Below are positions 38,281 through 49,860 of a stretch of 64,000 nt of DNA, one piece after another; within the stretch, counting starts at the first letter, position 1; each line of letters starts with the position of its first letter. The notes beneath the pieces were generated by a model. The model had not been told where the DNA came from. It ran no database searches and saw nothing but the letters and a program-made list of their open reading frames with translations. Both the position numbers and the translations under genes were made by a program. Origin of the DNA: Epiperipatus broadwayi. Its lineage: Eukaryota > Animalia > Onychophora. Location: positions 7,564,001-7,628,000 of the forward strand of contig JAQFVV010000006.1 in the NCBI GenBank assembly GCA_028023455.1, read 5' to 3'.

Positions 38281-38700
38281 GTATTTTCTTGAAGGCTTGT
38301 GATGATGGTATTTTAGTTGTATTTATATATTAGACTATTTCCATCATCTAATATAAGTATTAAATGTCTTCAGAAAAAATGAACTTTATTTAAAAGTCCA
38401 AATACATTCAACTATTAGTAATAGCACACAGGTTAGTATATGTACAACATTTTGAGAGGTATTTTTTTCCCCTCTTTTTCAGGTGTTCCCATGCTAATAC
38501 TATCACTGGTCAGACTGGTAATGCCCGAGAAAGAGGGGAGAATTATACTCTCCAAACATTGTGCGTATACTAACCTGTCTGATGTGCTATTACTAACAGT
38601 TGAACGTATTTGAAATATTTAAATAAAGTTAAATTTTTCTAAAGACATTCAACACTCATATTAGATGACGGAAATAGTCCGATATATAAATGCAAGTGAA
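38281..38700 (+). mobile_element. Second tRNA/HHR SINE insertion: 5'-truncated sense copy (38488-38700) preceded by an inverted tail copy (38281-38487)
   Basis: cccatgctaatactatcactggtcaga matches the post-B-box linker of 23024-23050. Both arms carry degenerate minimal HHRs (aagaggggag..tata.tctc.aaac.ttgt). Confidence 0.85.
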
Positions 38701-38892
38701 TTGTATATTTAAAAACATTGCTTGACATAATTTCCAGTAATACTGATACTTTTGTCGTATCATATTATCAGTCTTTGGAAGTTGAATCATGGAAGTAACT
38801 TGTCTGTTGTTTCAGACGTTATGAATCCTCAGTAGGTTTTGAGCACTTTTGAGAAACCTCTGTGCCTAGTTTGAATATCTTGAAAAGATAGA

Positions 38893-39112
38893 TAATTTGG
38901 TGCTCTTTTATTACGCAATCGTTGCCATTTTGAATTTCAAAAATGACCAAAAATGTCGACTGACACATCTAAGTGATAAAAAAGTACACAAAAAACAAAC
39001 TCCAAATGTTTTGCATTTTCACATACTTTTTTATCACTTAGATGATGCTGTTTTTGGTCATTTTTGAAATTCAAAATGGCAGATATCGCATATTAAAAAA
39101 GCACCGATAATT
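38893..39112. repeat. Foldback MITE-like element, about 90-bp arms
   Basis: gccattttgaatttcaaaaatgaccaaaaa...catctaagtgataaaaaagta / tactttttatcacttagatg...tttttggtcatttttgaaattcaaaatggc. Confidence 0.9.
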
Positions 39113-40254
39113 CTTCTCATAAGCAGGAAGTATTCCTTTATTAATCTCCTTAGTTAGGGAACCTTTTTATCCACAAAAGATGCACACTATGCCAGATTTC
39201 TGGCAGTATACCCTGCAAATATATTTAACAATTAAATTACTAAAAGCAGCCAGTGAAAATATGTAAGCAAGGTAATTGTGAAGTATACAAAAACATGACA
39301 CCTTTGTTAAAATTGGTTTACGTTCATTTGAAAACTGATTTTCTTTTATCCTTTAATCATTAAAATAAAATTACATGCTTTTCAAAATGACATTTATGTT
39401 TATTCCTTACTCTTTATTAGTTTATATTTGAATTTTCATAAACATAACAATAGAATTTCAATAATGTAATTACACTGCAAACTTATTAATATATATGGTA
39501 ATGTGTGGAGTTATCCATTTATAATTACTTAATTAGAAAACACTTTATTTAGAAGAGCAGCTAATGAAAGCTAAAATGCACCAGGCTAAGAGTGTAAGTA
39601 AAACTATCAGGTTAATTGCATTCAAAAGGAAGATATATATATATAATACAATCAAAGAAAAAAATTTGTAACTAAAATGGCTACAATACTTAGTACAACA
39701 CCCACTGATAATAAAATTCAGACAGTTAAAATTGAAGACTTTCATTCATTCATAAGTTCTTGTACACATACCTAAAAAATTCTTATATGAAACAAATTTA
39801 AAGGAATAAAGACATACATAAAGCCTCACTCAAACTGGTTTACAATTCTATTTATATAGACTGAGAGCTATTTTGTAAACAAACAATAACCTGCCATATA
39901 CATAAGATAAATTACCAAGTACTAAATAATACAAAATGCAATTAAGAAATAACACTTCTAAGTTAAATATCCTGAGGCAATTACTGTACTGAATGAAAAT
40001 GGAATCTTTCATTCATTCATATATTTTTTATTATGGATATCCAAACAAACTCTAACATTGTGCGCATGAAATATGACTTATAATTCAATTTATAAAGGTG
40101 GAATTAATTGCTATTCATTTTAACAACCTACAGCTAAGTTAGCTATATGATACCTAATTTATTGTATGGCAGTAAAATTTGAACATTCAATTGACATAAT
40201 AAAAAAGGATGAGAAAAGTTTAATTCAAGAATGCTCTATAGAATTGATTAAATA

Positions 40255-40950
40255 TAAAAAATCTGAACTCAGACTTTCAAACAATCTTCAATTATCCATA
40301 CTATCTCATACTACTGATACACCTGACCACACACACGTAGAAAAGATAAATAATCACCAGTATATATATTTTGTGCTGAACCAGCACTCATCAGTTGATC
40401 CAGATTATCATCTCCAACACATATATATATATATAATCAGTGCTCAGTTTATATAAAGATAGCAAATCTTTATACTTTAATGGACAGGCTTCAATCTACT
40501 CCAATCTCCAGTTCGTCAGCCATCCATACCATAAAAAAATCTGATGATAGAATGCCCAAATCCTAAGCTGGTGCCATTATTTTTGTTATGTCCAGGTTGA
40601 CCTCAAGTCACATTAACCCATCATGTATAGGACAGTATCCATTTAAATACATAGAAGAGGGATGGGCAGAATGAAGGCTTAATGTGTAAGATTGGAGTAG
40701 ATTAAAGATTGACTCGTAAAGTATAAAGATTTGCCATCTTAATATAAACTGAGCACTGATTATATATATATGGGAGATGATAATCTGGACCAACTGATGA
40801 GTGCTGGTTCAGCATGAAATACATATATTGGTGATTGTTTATCTTTTCTACATGTGTGTGGTCATGTGTATCAGTAGTATGAGATAGTGTGGATAGTTTA
40901 TGGTTGCTTGAAAGTCTGAGTTCAAATCCCCTATATTTACAATTAAGTTC
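40255..40950. mobile_element. Family A head-to-head inverted pair (minus full monomer 40255-40672; plus partial 40690-40947)
   Basis: The arms are reverse complements over about 255 bp. The minus HHR (40356-40399) has G12A; the plus HHR is intact. Confidence 0.92.
40789..40832 (+). ncRNA. Type I hammerhead ribozyme, intact core; predicted cleavage after 40827 (AUA)
   Basis: ACCAA CUGAUGA GUGCUG GUU CAGCAU GAAA U ACAU A UA UUGGU. Stem I extends through a UGG bulge (AAUC/GAUU, AGAUGA/UUAUCU) over about 40772-40846. Confidence 0.9.
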
Positions 40951-41269
40951 CAGGTATAAAAATACCTGTATTTCAAAAGAATTGATTATTGTAAATTTAC
41001 ATCTTCACTCATATGGACATGCAAATCAAATGAACCATGTGAGACTTCATAAGAGAGTATTTTATGGTAACATAAGCATGGACTCTGTGAGAGGTATGCC
41101 CTGATTATGCTATAAGGATTATCTCAAAAATAATCTAAAGAAATGCAATGTCAAGTGGTTCTATTGAGAAGATATGGCAGTGAATAAAATACGTTGGGAA
41201 ATTGCAGTGAAATTTGGTGTTGGGAATCAATCAATAGTAGTCTGTCCAAGAGACAGGTGCAAAGAGTAG

Positions 41270-44200
41270 TCACTACATCAGTTCATCCATTCTTCCATTC
41301 CATTCTCTTCCTTGCCCATTTCCTCAATTCCACATAAGCCTTTCCATCTCTTATATCATCCAATAATGTCAATCTCTTCCGTCCCCTCTTTTTAATTCCA
41401 CTCACCATTCCCTCCAAAACATCTTTCACTAAACTATAATCTCTTCTTAATATATGTCCAATCCAGTTTATCTTTCTCTCTCTGATATTTTCAATCAATC
41501 TTCTTTCCTCATTAATTCTTTTCAAAATTTCTTCATTTGTTACCCTACTCATCCAACTGATGTTTCCCATTTTTCTCCATGTCCACATCTCAAAAGCTTC
41601 CAATCGTTTCTTAATTCTATTACTCAATGTCCATGTCTCACAACCATACAGTAATATACTCCACACATAACATTTAATTAATCTCTTCCTTAATTCTCTT
41701 TCCATAGGTCCACAAAATATCTTTCTTTCTTTTTTACAAATGTCACCTTTGCCAATGCTATTCTTCTTTTAACTTCATTTTCACTTCTTCCATCTTCACT
41801 CAACCAACTACCCAAATATCTAAATCCCTTCACCTGTTGAACCATGTCATCATGGTTTCCAATTTGCAGTCTTTTTGCATCTCTCCCTATCCATAAACAC
41901 TTAGTCTTTTCAATATTAATCTTCATTCCATATGCAATACATCCTGCTTCCAATTTATTCAACATATTCTGAAGATCCTTTTCCTTCTCAGCAATGAGCC
42001 ATATTATCTGCAAATCTTATACACTTTATTATTCTCCCTCCAACATTTGCTCCTCCACAGTCCAAATAATTATTTAGCATATCTTCTAAATAAATATTAA
42101 ACAAAACAGGTGACATACTACACCCTTGCCTAACTCCACTTTCTATATTCACTTCATCAGTCTCATTACACCCAAATCTAACTCTTATCCTTTGACCATT
42201 ATACATAGTCCATATCAATCGTCTTTATTTCCAAAATACTCCTTTATCTCTTAAGATAGACATCAGTTTATTCCAGCTTACTCTATCAAATGCCTTTTCT
42301 AAATCCAGAAAAAAAAATCCTTTATCTCTTTCAATGTATCTTTCTGCAAAATATCATAACAATACCAATGGCATCTCTTGTGCTTTTCCCTTTCCGAAAA
42401 CCAAACTGTTCTTCACCAATATAATAATCAACTTCCCATAAATCCTTTGAGTTAAAATCCTCAATAATACTTTAGAAATATGAGACAACAAACTTATTGT
42501 CCTATACTCTTCACATTTAACAGTGTTCTTCTTTTTAGTAATGGGGAATCATTATAGTTCTTAAAAAATCTTCAGGCCAAACTCCACTATTATATATCAA
42601 ATTGCAAAGTCCAACTGTTTCCTTCATAGTAAATTCTCCCATTTCTCTCAAAAAATTCTATAGGTATTGCATCAAATCCAACAGCCGTACCATTCTTCAT
42701 TTGTGCGATTGCCTTTCTTACTTCATCCGGCAATATGTCCATACCTCTATCATCCATTGCAACATCTTCATTTTCAAGTTCATAATCAATTGAATTATTT
42801 CCTCTACTAAACAGATACCGAATATATTCTTCTCATCTTTTTAATATATCATTACTATCAGTTAACCTCCTTCCATTCTTATCTGCAATATCACTTGCTA
42901 CCCATGTCTTTTTCTCCCAAGTGATACTCCATATTCTATCAAATGCCAGATCATATCTTTTCATCTCTTGAAGCCTTTCTATCTCTTTACATTCTTGCTC
43001 CAACCACTTTTCTTTTGCTAAATCTGTTTCTCTTCTGAATTCATTATTAAATTTCCTATATGTCTTTTGCCCTTCCTCAGTATTTACATTCTTCCATCGT
43101 CTTCACACTTCTATCTTTTCCAACATACCTTCAGTTATCCAAGGTCGTTTTGCTTTTCTCGCATGAATAATACCTATTTCATTTTTTGCTATTTTCAAGA
43201 ATCCTTTTTTAATTCTATTCCAACACTCATCAGAGCTATTAATATATTTCCCATCCTGAACAATTCTTTTAAATTCATTTTCACATATTAAACCAAATTT
43301 TCCTTTTTCCATTTGTCTCAATTTATCCAAGTCCCATCTTGTGTATCTTTTCCCTCTTTTAATGCTTTTTAAACTCAGCTTTAATTTAGCCATCACCAAA
43401 TTATGATCCGAATCTATATCAGCACCAGGCAAAGCACGTGAACCCTTAATAGCATTCTTATATCTATCCTGAATCAATATATAATCAATTTGATAACGTT
43501 CTTTGTTACCTGGAGCTTTCCATGTATACAATCTTCTAATATGATTTTTAAAACAAGTGTTTGCAATGACAAACCCATTCTCTTTACAAAATTGTACAAG
43601 TCGACTACCCCTTTCATTTCTTTTTCCAATACCATAATTTCCAACAAATTTTCCCTTCCCTACCTTTCCCCACAACAGCATTCCAATCCCCCAATAGCAA
43701 TATACATGAATTTTTTCCTTCACATTGAATACTTTCTTCCATCTTCTCATAGGTTTCATCAATTTCAATATCATCATGACTACCATTGGCATATAAACTT
43801 GTACAATTACCAAATCTCTAGGACTTGCATTTATTCTCATCACCATCAACCTATTGTTAATACCATCAACCTTTGCCACACTATTCCATATTTTCTTCCT
43901 CACAGCAATGCCAACTCCACTAATTGACCTATCATCACCTAAATAAAATAACTTTACATCTCCACTACTTACTTCTCCACATCCCTCCCACCTCCTTCAC
44001 TTAATCCCATAACATCAATATTATTCAAATCCAACTCTCTTTTCAAATTCTCCAATTTCCCACCTCTCCTCGAATATCTAACATTCCACGTTCCAATTCT
44101 CAGTGTATCCCCTCTCAATGAATTATATTTATGAGGATTTCACAGGTTGACAACCTGAGTAGCCTCATGTCCACTCCTGCTGGGCAAGACACCAAAGTTA

Positions 44201-44270
44201 TTCTTAGCTAAGATCTCAACACCAAATGTAATGATTCCTGTGGTTTCCCGTTGTCTTCTTTGCCCAGCAA
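41270..44270 (-). mobile_element. Near full-length RTE-type LINE (APE endonuclease plus RT), inactivated by stops and frameshifts
   Basis: RIGTWNVR at about 44100; YTWKAPG...QIDYILI...DIDSDHNLV; GVRQGCSMSPVLFNIY...IRFAD; YVWSILLYGCETWTL...WIGHILRR; GA-rich coding strand; 5' UTR with gaagacaacgggaaaccac. Confidence 0.95.
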
Positions 44271-45019
44271 TAACCTCTATAATAGGCTTAGTGCGCTATC
44301 CAAATCCCATAAAATGAAAATCCAACTACCGCTTCCTCCTCATCGTTGTCACCTGTGGGAATATTTTAGAAAAAAAATTTCTGCTAAAGAAATTAAAAGA
44401 GGCCATTGTAAAATGTCAAGTAAACAGAAAGATGGACAAGCATGTTCTATACATGGATAATTGGTTTATATAGTCATTGTAAAACTCATTTCTTGAATAG
44501 TTTTTTCCTTCTCACTCTCCTTTCTTTTTTCTTTCTCTCAGAATTAGAATAGCTACATATATTTAAGAGTGACTGTTCATTATTATTAAAGCAAACAATA
44601 AACTATCATATATAACATTATCAAATTAAAATTTCATAATCCCCTGTGTGAGAGACTGTTTAAACAATCATATAAAAATGTGAAATCATGGGACATTTTA
44701 GCGAAGAGCTTTATCTCTCCAACTATATTCCATATTTTGTGATGTTGATTAATTTATCATACATATATGATAGTTTGTTGTTGTGTTTACAAGACTATAA
44801 AAATGAATAATTCTGCCATTATCAATTAAATTATGAGTCAGACAGCATGCACATTTCCATTGACTAAATGTCATGTCTGCTAAGGTTAATACTGTTTAGA
44901 CGGATGTCAGTATAAGAAAGTAGTGGTTATTAAAATCCGTATCATGGCATGCACATAAATATTAATATAAACAAATCATTGAATTCTTTGCTTTAACACA
45001 ACAACTGACAAAAAAAAAG

Positions 45020-45282
45020 TAGCTTCTACTGTAGCACCACCTATAGTAATCTTGAGTGACTAGCTTGTGGTAGAACATTTAAATCTCTATTCCAGAGTAA
45101 TGTCTGACTCTTGCCATTATCAACAAGGCTTGGAATATTCAAAGCTTGGTATTAAAAGTATTTTATTACTTTCAGAAATCATTCTGAGAGTAAAAATTTA
45201 AATTCATTACCATCTGGAAATGAGGCAATAACTGGTAATCATTATTTAAGTTTAGTATAGATGGCACTAGAATATAGCTTAT
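45020..45282. mobile_element. MITE, same family as 61859-62316
   Basis: ctactgtagcaccacctatagtaatcttgagt / actggtaatcattatttaagtttagtatagatggcactagaata inverted ends. Confidence 0.6.
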
Positions 45283-45730
45283 CCTGAGTTGAATATTAAA
45301 TCTAATAATCAATTGTAGTAATGTTATTTTGAAAATGGAACTGTTATAATTAAATTTATAAGCTGACACAAATTTTACTGAAATACATTCTGTCAACAAA
45401 CAATAATCATTTATAACCAAATTTTTACCTAACTATAATATGTCTTACCTCTGTAATACTTTTTAATACCTTGCCACCAGCTGCAATTACATTAACGGAT
45501 ATTTCAACACTAAAACATATATATATATATATTATGTAATTGAAGTATAATTATATGTCCATTATATTGCAAATAATACAAGTGGCAATTATAGTATGTA
45601 TAATAAACTTAAATATACCCATGTAATAAACTTAAATATGCCCATATATATATATAAGTAAACTTTTACAGCTCTGAAAAATACGTAACAATTAGAACAA
45701 TAAATCTAATATATACTATTGTATATATTA

Positions 45731-46622
45731 GGGGTACCCAAAAAAACCCGGTATTGTTCTCTGGTTTGTGTTCCTGCTGTAGTATATGCTTCTGCTGTTA
45801 CATACTTCATCACTCTGTCAAATAATATCACTGTGTGAAATTGTGGTGCCGTGTAGTACATTTTTTTGTAAAGGGTGTTTTGGACATTTGACGATTTTTA
45901 TAAAGACTGAAAAGTTCTAACAATGTGAAATTCTGTTTTTGTTTGCAGAAAACAGTAGGAAAAGCAGATGTAGTACTTAAAACAGATTACAAGCAAGCTG
46001 GTTTCAGAAAAATGCAAGTTTATGAGTGGTTTAATTGAAATGTTAAATTCATCATGTTCCTAAAAAGTATAGTGAATGAAGTCCAAAGTTAAACCAATGC
46101 TAATTTTTTTCTCTTTTTTTTATGCAAACGACATTTTTCTTTCAGATTTAGTTCGTTATGATCAGGCATTTTATCTGCAAGTTCTGAAACATTTACATGA
46201 TGCAACAAAATACAAACATCCCACTTTGTGACAAAGAAGAAGTGCAAGCTTGACCATGACATAGTGTCATCATTCAAAGCCTTGCGTGTGAAACACTTTT
46301 TAATTAAATTCAGCACAAACCAACTTATCTATCAGTTATATTTGCTCGAACTCACTTTATGCAATTTTTTTTTTTAATATCTTGAATGAAAAAAGTTTTT
46401 TTTTTCTTTTCAGGACTTGTAAGCGGTGAAAAAAAAAATGCCACAGACATTAAAAGGCATCACTTTGCTTTTCCGGACTTCCTTGAAAAATAAAAAACAC
46501 ATTTAGACCGGGGTATTACATCAAATGAATAGTAGTTTGAAAGAAATTAAATTTATAACACAAATTAATAAATAAACATTTTTTTATTATAAAATTCTGA
46601 TGACTTTTGGGTACTCCCTCAT
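45731..46622 (+). mobile_element. Rearranged mariner-like element with TIRs
   Basis: ggggtacccaaaa / ttttgggtactccc ends; VKFCFCLQKTVGKADVVLKTDYKQAGFRKMQVYEWF resembles the mariner HTH N-terminus. Confidence 0.7.
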
Positions 46623-46939
46623 ACTAATGTAATTCTTGCAGTCTCAAAGTCAATTATATATAGAGATAAAAATGAATCCACTTCCATTTGCTATCCAAGA
46701 TCTTGGATGGATTATAGATTAAATAAATAACTGTCAGAATAAATATCAAAAAGAAGCCACAAAATCTCAATTGATTTGATATTCTCCCTAATATTTATTA
46801 TTGTCTGATCTACTAGCTACATAAAATCTTGGATAGCAGACAAAAGTGGGTTAATTTTTCATCTATTCCATGATGGACTTTGATAACTAGGGTGTGTTGC
46901 ATTAATATAGCCAACACTTCAAGGTCTACTATGTGTTTC

Positions 46940-46940
<1 letters not shown>

Positions 46941-47026
<86 letters not shown>

Positions 47027-47086
47027 GAGGAAGAAGAAGAAGAAGGAGGAGGAGAAGGAGAAGAAGAAGAAGAGGTGGAGGAGGAG
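46941..47086. repeat. Compound microsatellite: (TAA) about 28 times, followed by a (GAA/GGA)n purine tract
   Basis: Seen directly. Confidence 0.97.
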
Positions 47087-47621
47087 TAATAATAAAAACA
47101 ATAAAGTATTAATGACACAGAAATAATTTCAATTATCTGCATAACTATTTTCAACTGGAAACCATTTAAATTTGGTTGAAATGAATATCATTATCTAATA
47201 CCCCAAAAATTATGAATTTTAACATTTATAACTTTATCTATTTATTAAAGATTTCATATTTCTATTAACTGTAATAAAAGAAAAATCAATGAAGAAATTT
47301 TGATAAATAGAAATAAAGAACCTTTTATTAATAGACCAAGGGCAAATATTTAAATTCATTAATCTTGGGATCTCACACAACAATGTTCCCTTGTGCCAAA
47401 TTTAAAAGATTTCCATTTGAAAATGGTTATGCAAATAAGTGAAAGTATTTCTGCATTTTATAATGGCTATTGGCAATATTTATTGTCACTGTAAATACTT
47501 TATTCTATTCTTGTTATATCCGTATATATATATTTACATAAGTTCCAATAATTTTTAATGAGTAACACTTTTGATTATGTTGTAATTCTTATCAACTGTA
47601 AAGTAATATTGAAGGTGTATA

Positions 47622-47990
47622 TCACATCATTTTCCATGAGCTGTATATGTCAGTCTTTGCTGATTGTCTACTTATTATAAAATCTTTGAATTTATTTATC
47701 AATATTGCTTCCTTCACTTTTCTCTTTTTATGATTTCCTTCTATTATTATTTGTATATCACTTATATCAAAATTAAATTTAAAATTACAAGATTTTTCAT
47801 GGTCAAAAAATATTGTGGCAGTATTAAATTGTTTATCTATAGTTTTTTTTTTTACCTGATTATATAATAACATGTTATTTTTCCCAGAATACATCTTGAT
47901 TCCCCAATGTATGATTTTTTACAAGCACATATAATCTGATAAATTATATTACTTCTTTGTATTTTAGATATAACATTCCTAGAATTATTA
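47622..47990 (-). mobile_element. Decayed Penelope-like element C-terminal GIY-YIG endonuclease
   Basis: SNIIYQIICACKKSYIGESR (YIGE at 47911-47900), then after a frameshift FKFNFDISDIQIIIEGNHKKRKVKEAILINKFKDFIISRQ...SSWKMM*. Confidence 0.8.
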
Positions 47991-48488
47991 ATTAGTCTAT
48001 TTACATATAAATGGAGATACACCCACATATCAATTTTGCTTTTTTAATCACACTATAGTCAAATATGGAATGATGTATATGATTAAAATTGCATATATGT
48101 CTATGATTTAAAGGTTTATAAGTATTTAAAAGATTTCATTATAAAACAGTATCCATAAAAGTAATAAAAATAGGTAAATCACTTAGGTTCCTGAAAAATA
48201 GCATTACAAAATAAAATGGAGAAAGAATATGAATACAAAGTATTAATAAAAAAGTATACATTGGGTTCAAAAAATAATATTATGATACTAATACAAAAAG
48301 GTATCGAAAACTATAAAATACTAATAATAAATTTAAATATTTGAAAACCAGGCACTCTTCACAAACCTGGGAGCTTAATTGTAAGTATAGGGGATTTGAA
48401 CTCAGATTTTTAAGCACCCTTCAACTATCCACACCACCTCACACAACTGATACACATGACCACACACATGTAGAAAAGACAAATAATC

Positions 48489-48532
48489 ACCAATATACAT
48501 ATTTCATGCTAAACCAGCACTCATCAGTTGGT
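48489..48532 (-). ncRNA. Type I hammerhead ribozyme, intact core; predicted cleavage between 48494 and 48493
   Basis: ACCAA CUGAUGA GUGCUG GUU UAGCAU GAAA U AUGU A UA UUGGU. Confidence 0.9.
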
Positions 48533-48983
48533 CCAGATTATCATCTCCCACACATATATATAATCAGTGCTCAGTTTATATTAAGATAGCAAATCTTCAT
48601 ACTTTAATGGACAGGCTTCAATCCATTCAACCTCCAACTTTTCAGCCATCCATATCATTGAAAATCTGATGATGAAAACTCAAATGCCTGGTTTTCAAAT
48701 ATTTACACATAAAGCTTGTATCCTGTCCATCCCTCTTATATGTATTTAAATGGGTACGGTCCTATACATGAGGGGTCAGAGTGACTTCAGGTCAATATGG
48801 GCATGGCAATAATATTAGCGTCAGCATAGGATTTGAGTTTTCATCATCAGATTTTCAATGATATGGATGGCTGAAAAGTTGGAGGTTGAATGAATTGAAG
48901 CCTGTCCATTAAAGTAGGAAGATTTGCTATCATAATATAAAGTGAGCACTGATTATATATGTGTGTGGGAGATGGTAATCTGG

Positions 48984-49026
48984 ACCAACTGATGAGTGCT
49001 GGTTTAGCACGAAATACTATATTGGT
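48984..49026 (+). ncRNA. Type I hammerhead ribozyme with canonical G10.1-C11.1 pair; predicted cleavage after 49021
   Basis: ACCAA CUGAUGA GUGCUG GUU UAGCAC GAAA U ACU A UA UUGGU (one loop nucleotide deleted). Confidence 0.88.
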
Positions 49027-49860
49027 GATTGTTTATCTTTTCTACATGTGCGTGGTCATGTGTATCAATTGTGTGAGATGGTGTGGATCGTTGAAGGGTG
49101 CTTGAAAATCTGAGTTCAAATCCCCTATACTTACTAATAATACAGTTATGTATGTTATGCCTGCTGTTAAGATTTTAAACAGAAATTCAAGTTGGGGAAA
49201 CTATTTACAATTACAATTTCATTTTTAAAATGAAATTTTGTAAACGAGTAAAGTCTATCTATGGGATATTTTCAATAGTCGCTCGTGAAAAATAATTTCC
49301 TTGACATATATTTCTATTTTTACTACTGATAACACTATGTGATTTTTAGATCTGATCTTAATGACTGATATTCCTTCTTTCTGTCATTTTTTCCATATAT
49401 TTCTGAATTGTTCTACTTCTGCAATATGTTCTGCCATTTGCACTTTCTCCGTTACCTAAGCGGTCTGTGTATGTGGCTTCTGGATCTTGTGGTTCAGGGA
49501 TCACTGCCCAACTGTCACTTCCAGTGTTTGTCACTTTATGAGTACCTGAGCGATGAATCATTTGATTATCTATTTCTTGAATATTTAGACTGCTTTCAAT
49601 GAATGTGGCAATTGTAAATGAAAATAATCATACAACCACTTGCCATATCTCATTTGAAGCCCATGTGTCTGGGTTAAGGAGATGATCTCATGCATTAGGA
49701 AAATGTATACTCTTGGGAAAAGTTAATAGTGCAAAAAAAGACGATGATCATTTCTATATATGAGCCATACTTTAATCCAAACAGCCACCCACAATTATAC
49801 TTTGAAAGTAAATACAGAAGTTTTTGATAATTTCACGACTTTATTATTCAGGTTGTATAA

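Larger units (their letters stand above)
48365..49135. mobile_element. Youngest-looking family A head-to-head inverted pair (minus partial 48365-48686; plus full monomer 48710-49135)
   Basis: About 305-bp arms with few mismatches; both HHR cores are intact. Confidence 0.95.

Noticed and set aside
38809-38832. ctgagga...gaaac motif on the minus strand as a hammerhead
   Set aside because: Stem II does not pair convincingly; could be chance or a very old relic.
43490-43927. 145-aa plus-strand ORF (also 17740-18015 and 41454-41654)
   Set aside because: Antisense shadows of RTE coding sequence.
46813-47154. ORFs with poly-Tyr/poly-Leu/poly-Ser runs
   Set aside because: They are translations of the (TAA)n and (GAA/GGA)n microsatellites.
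48661-48690. Second CTGATGA motif inside family A (ctgatgatggaatgcccaaat) as an antisense hammerhead
   Set aside because: No copy has GAAA after the putative stem II and there is no NUH/stem I partner.
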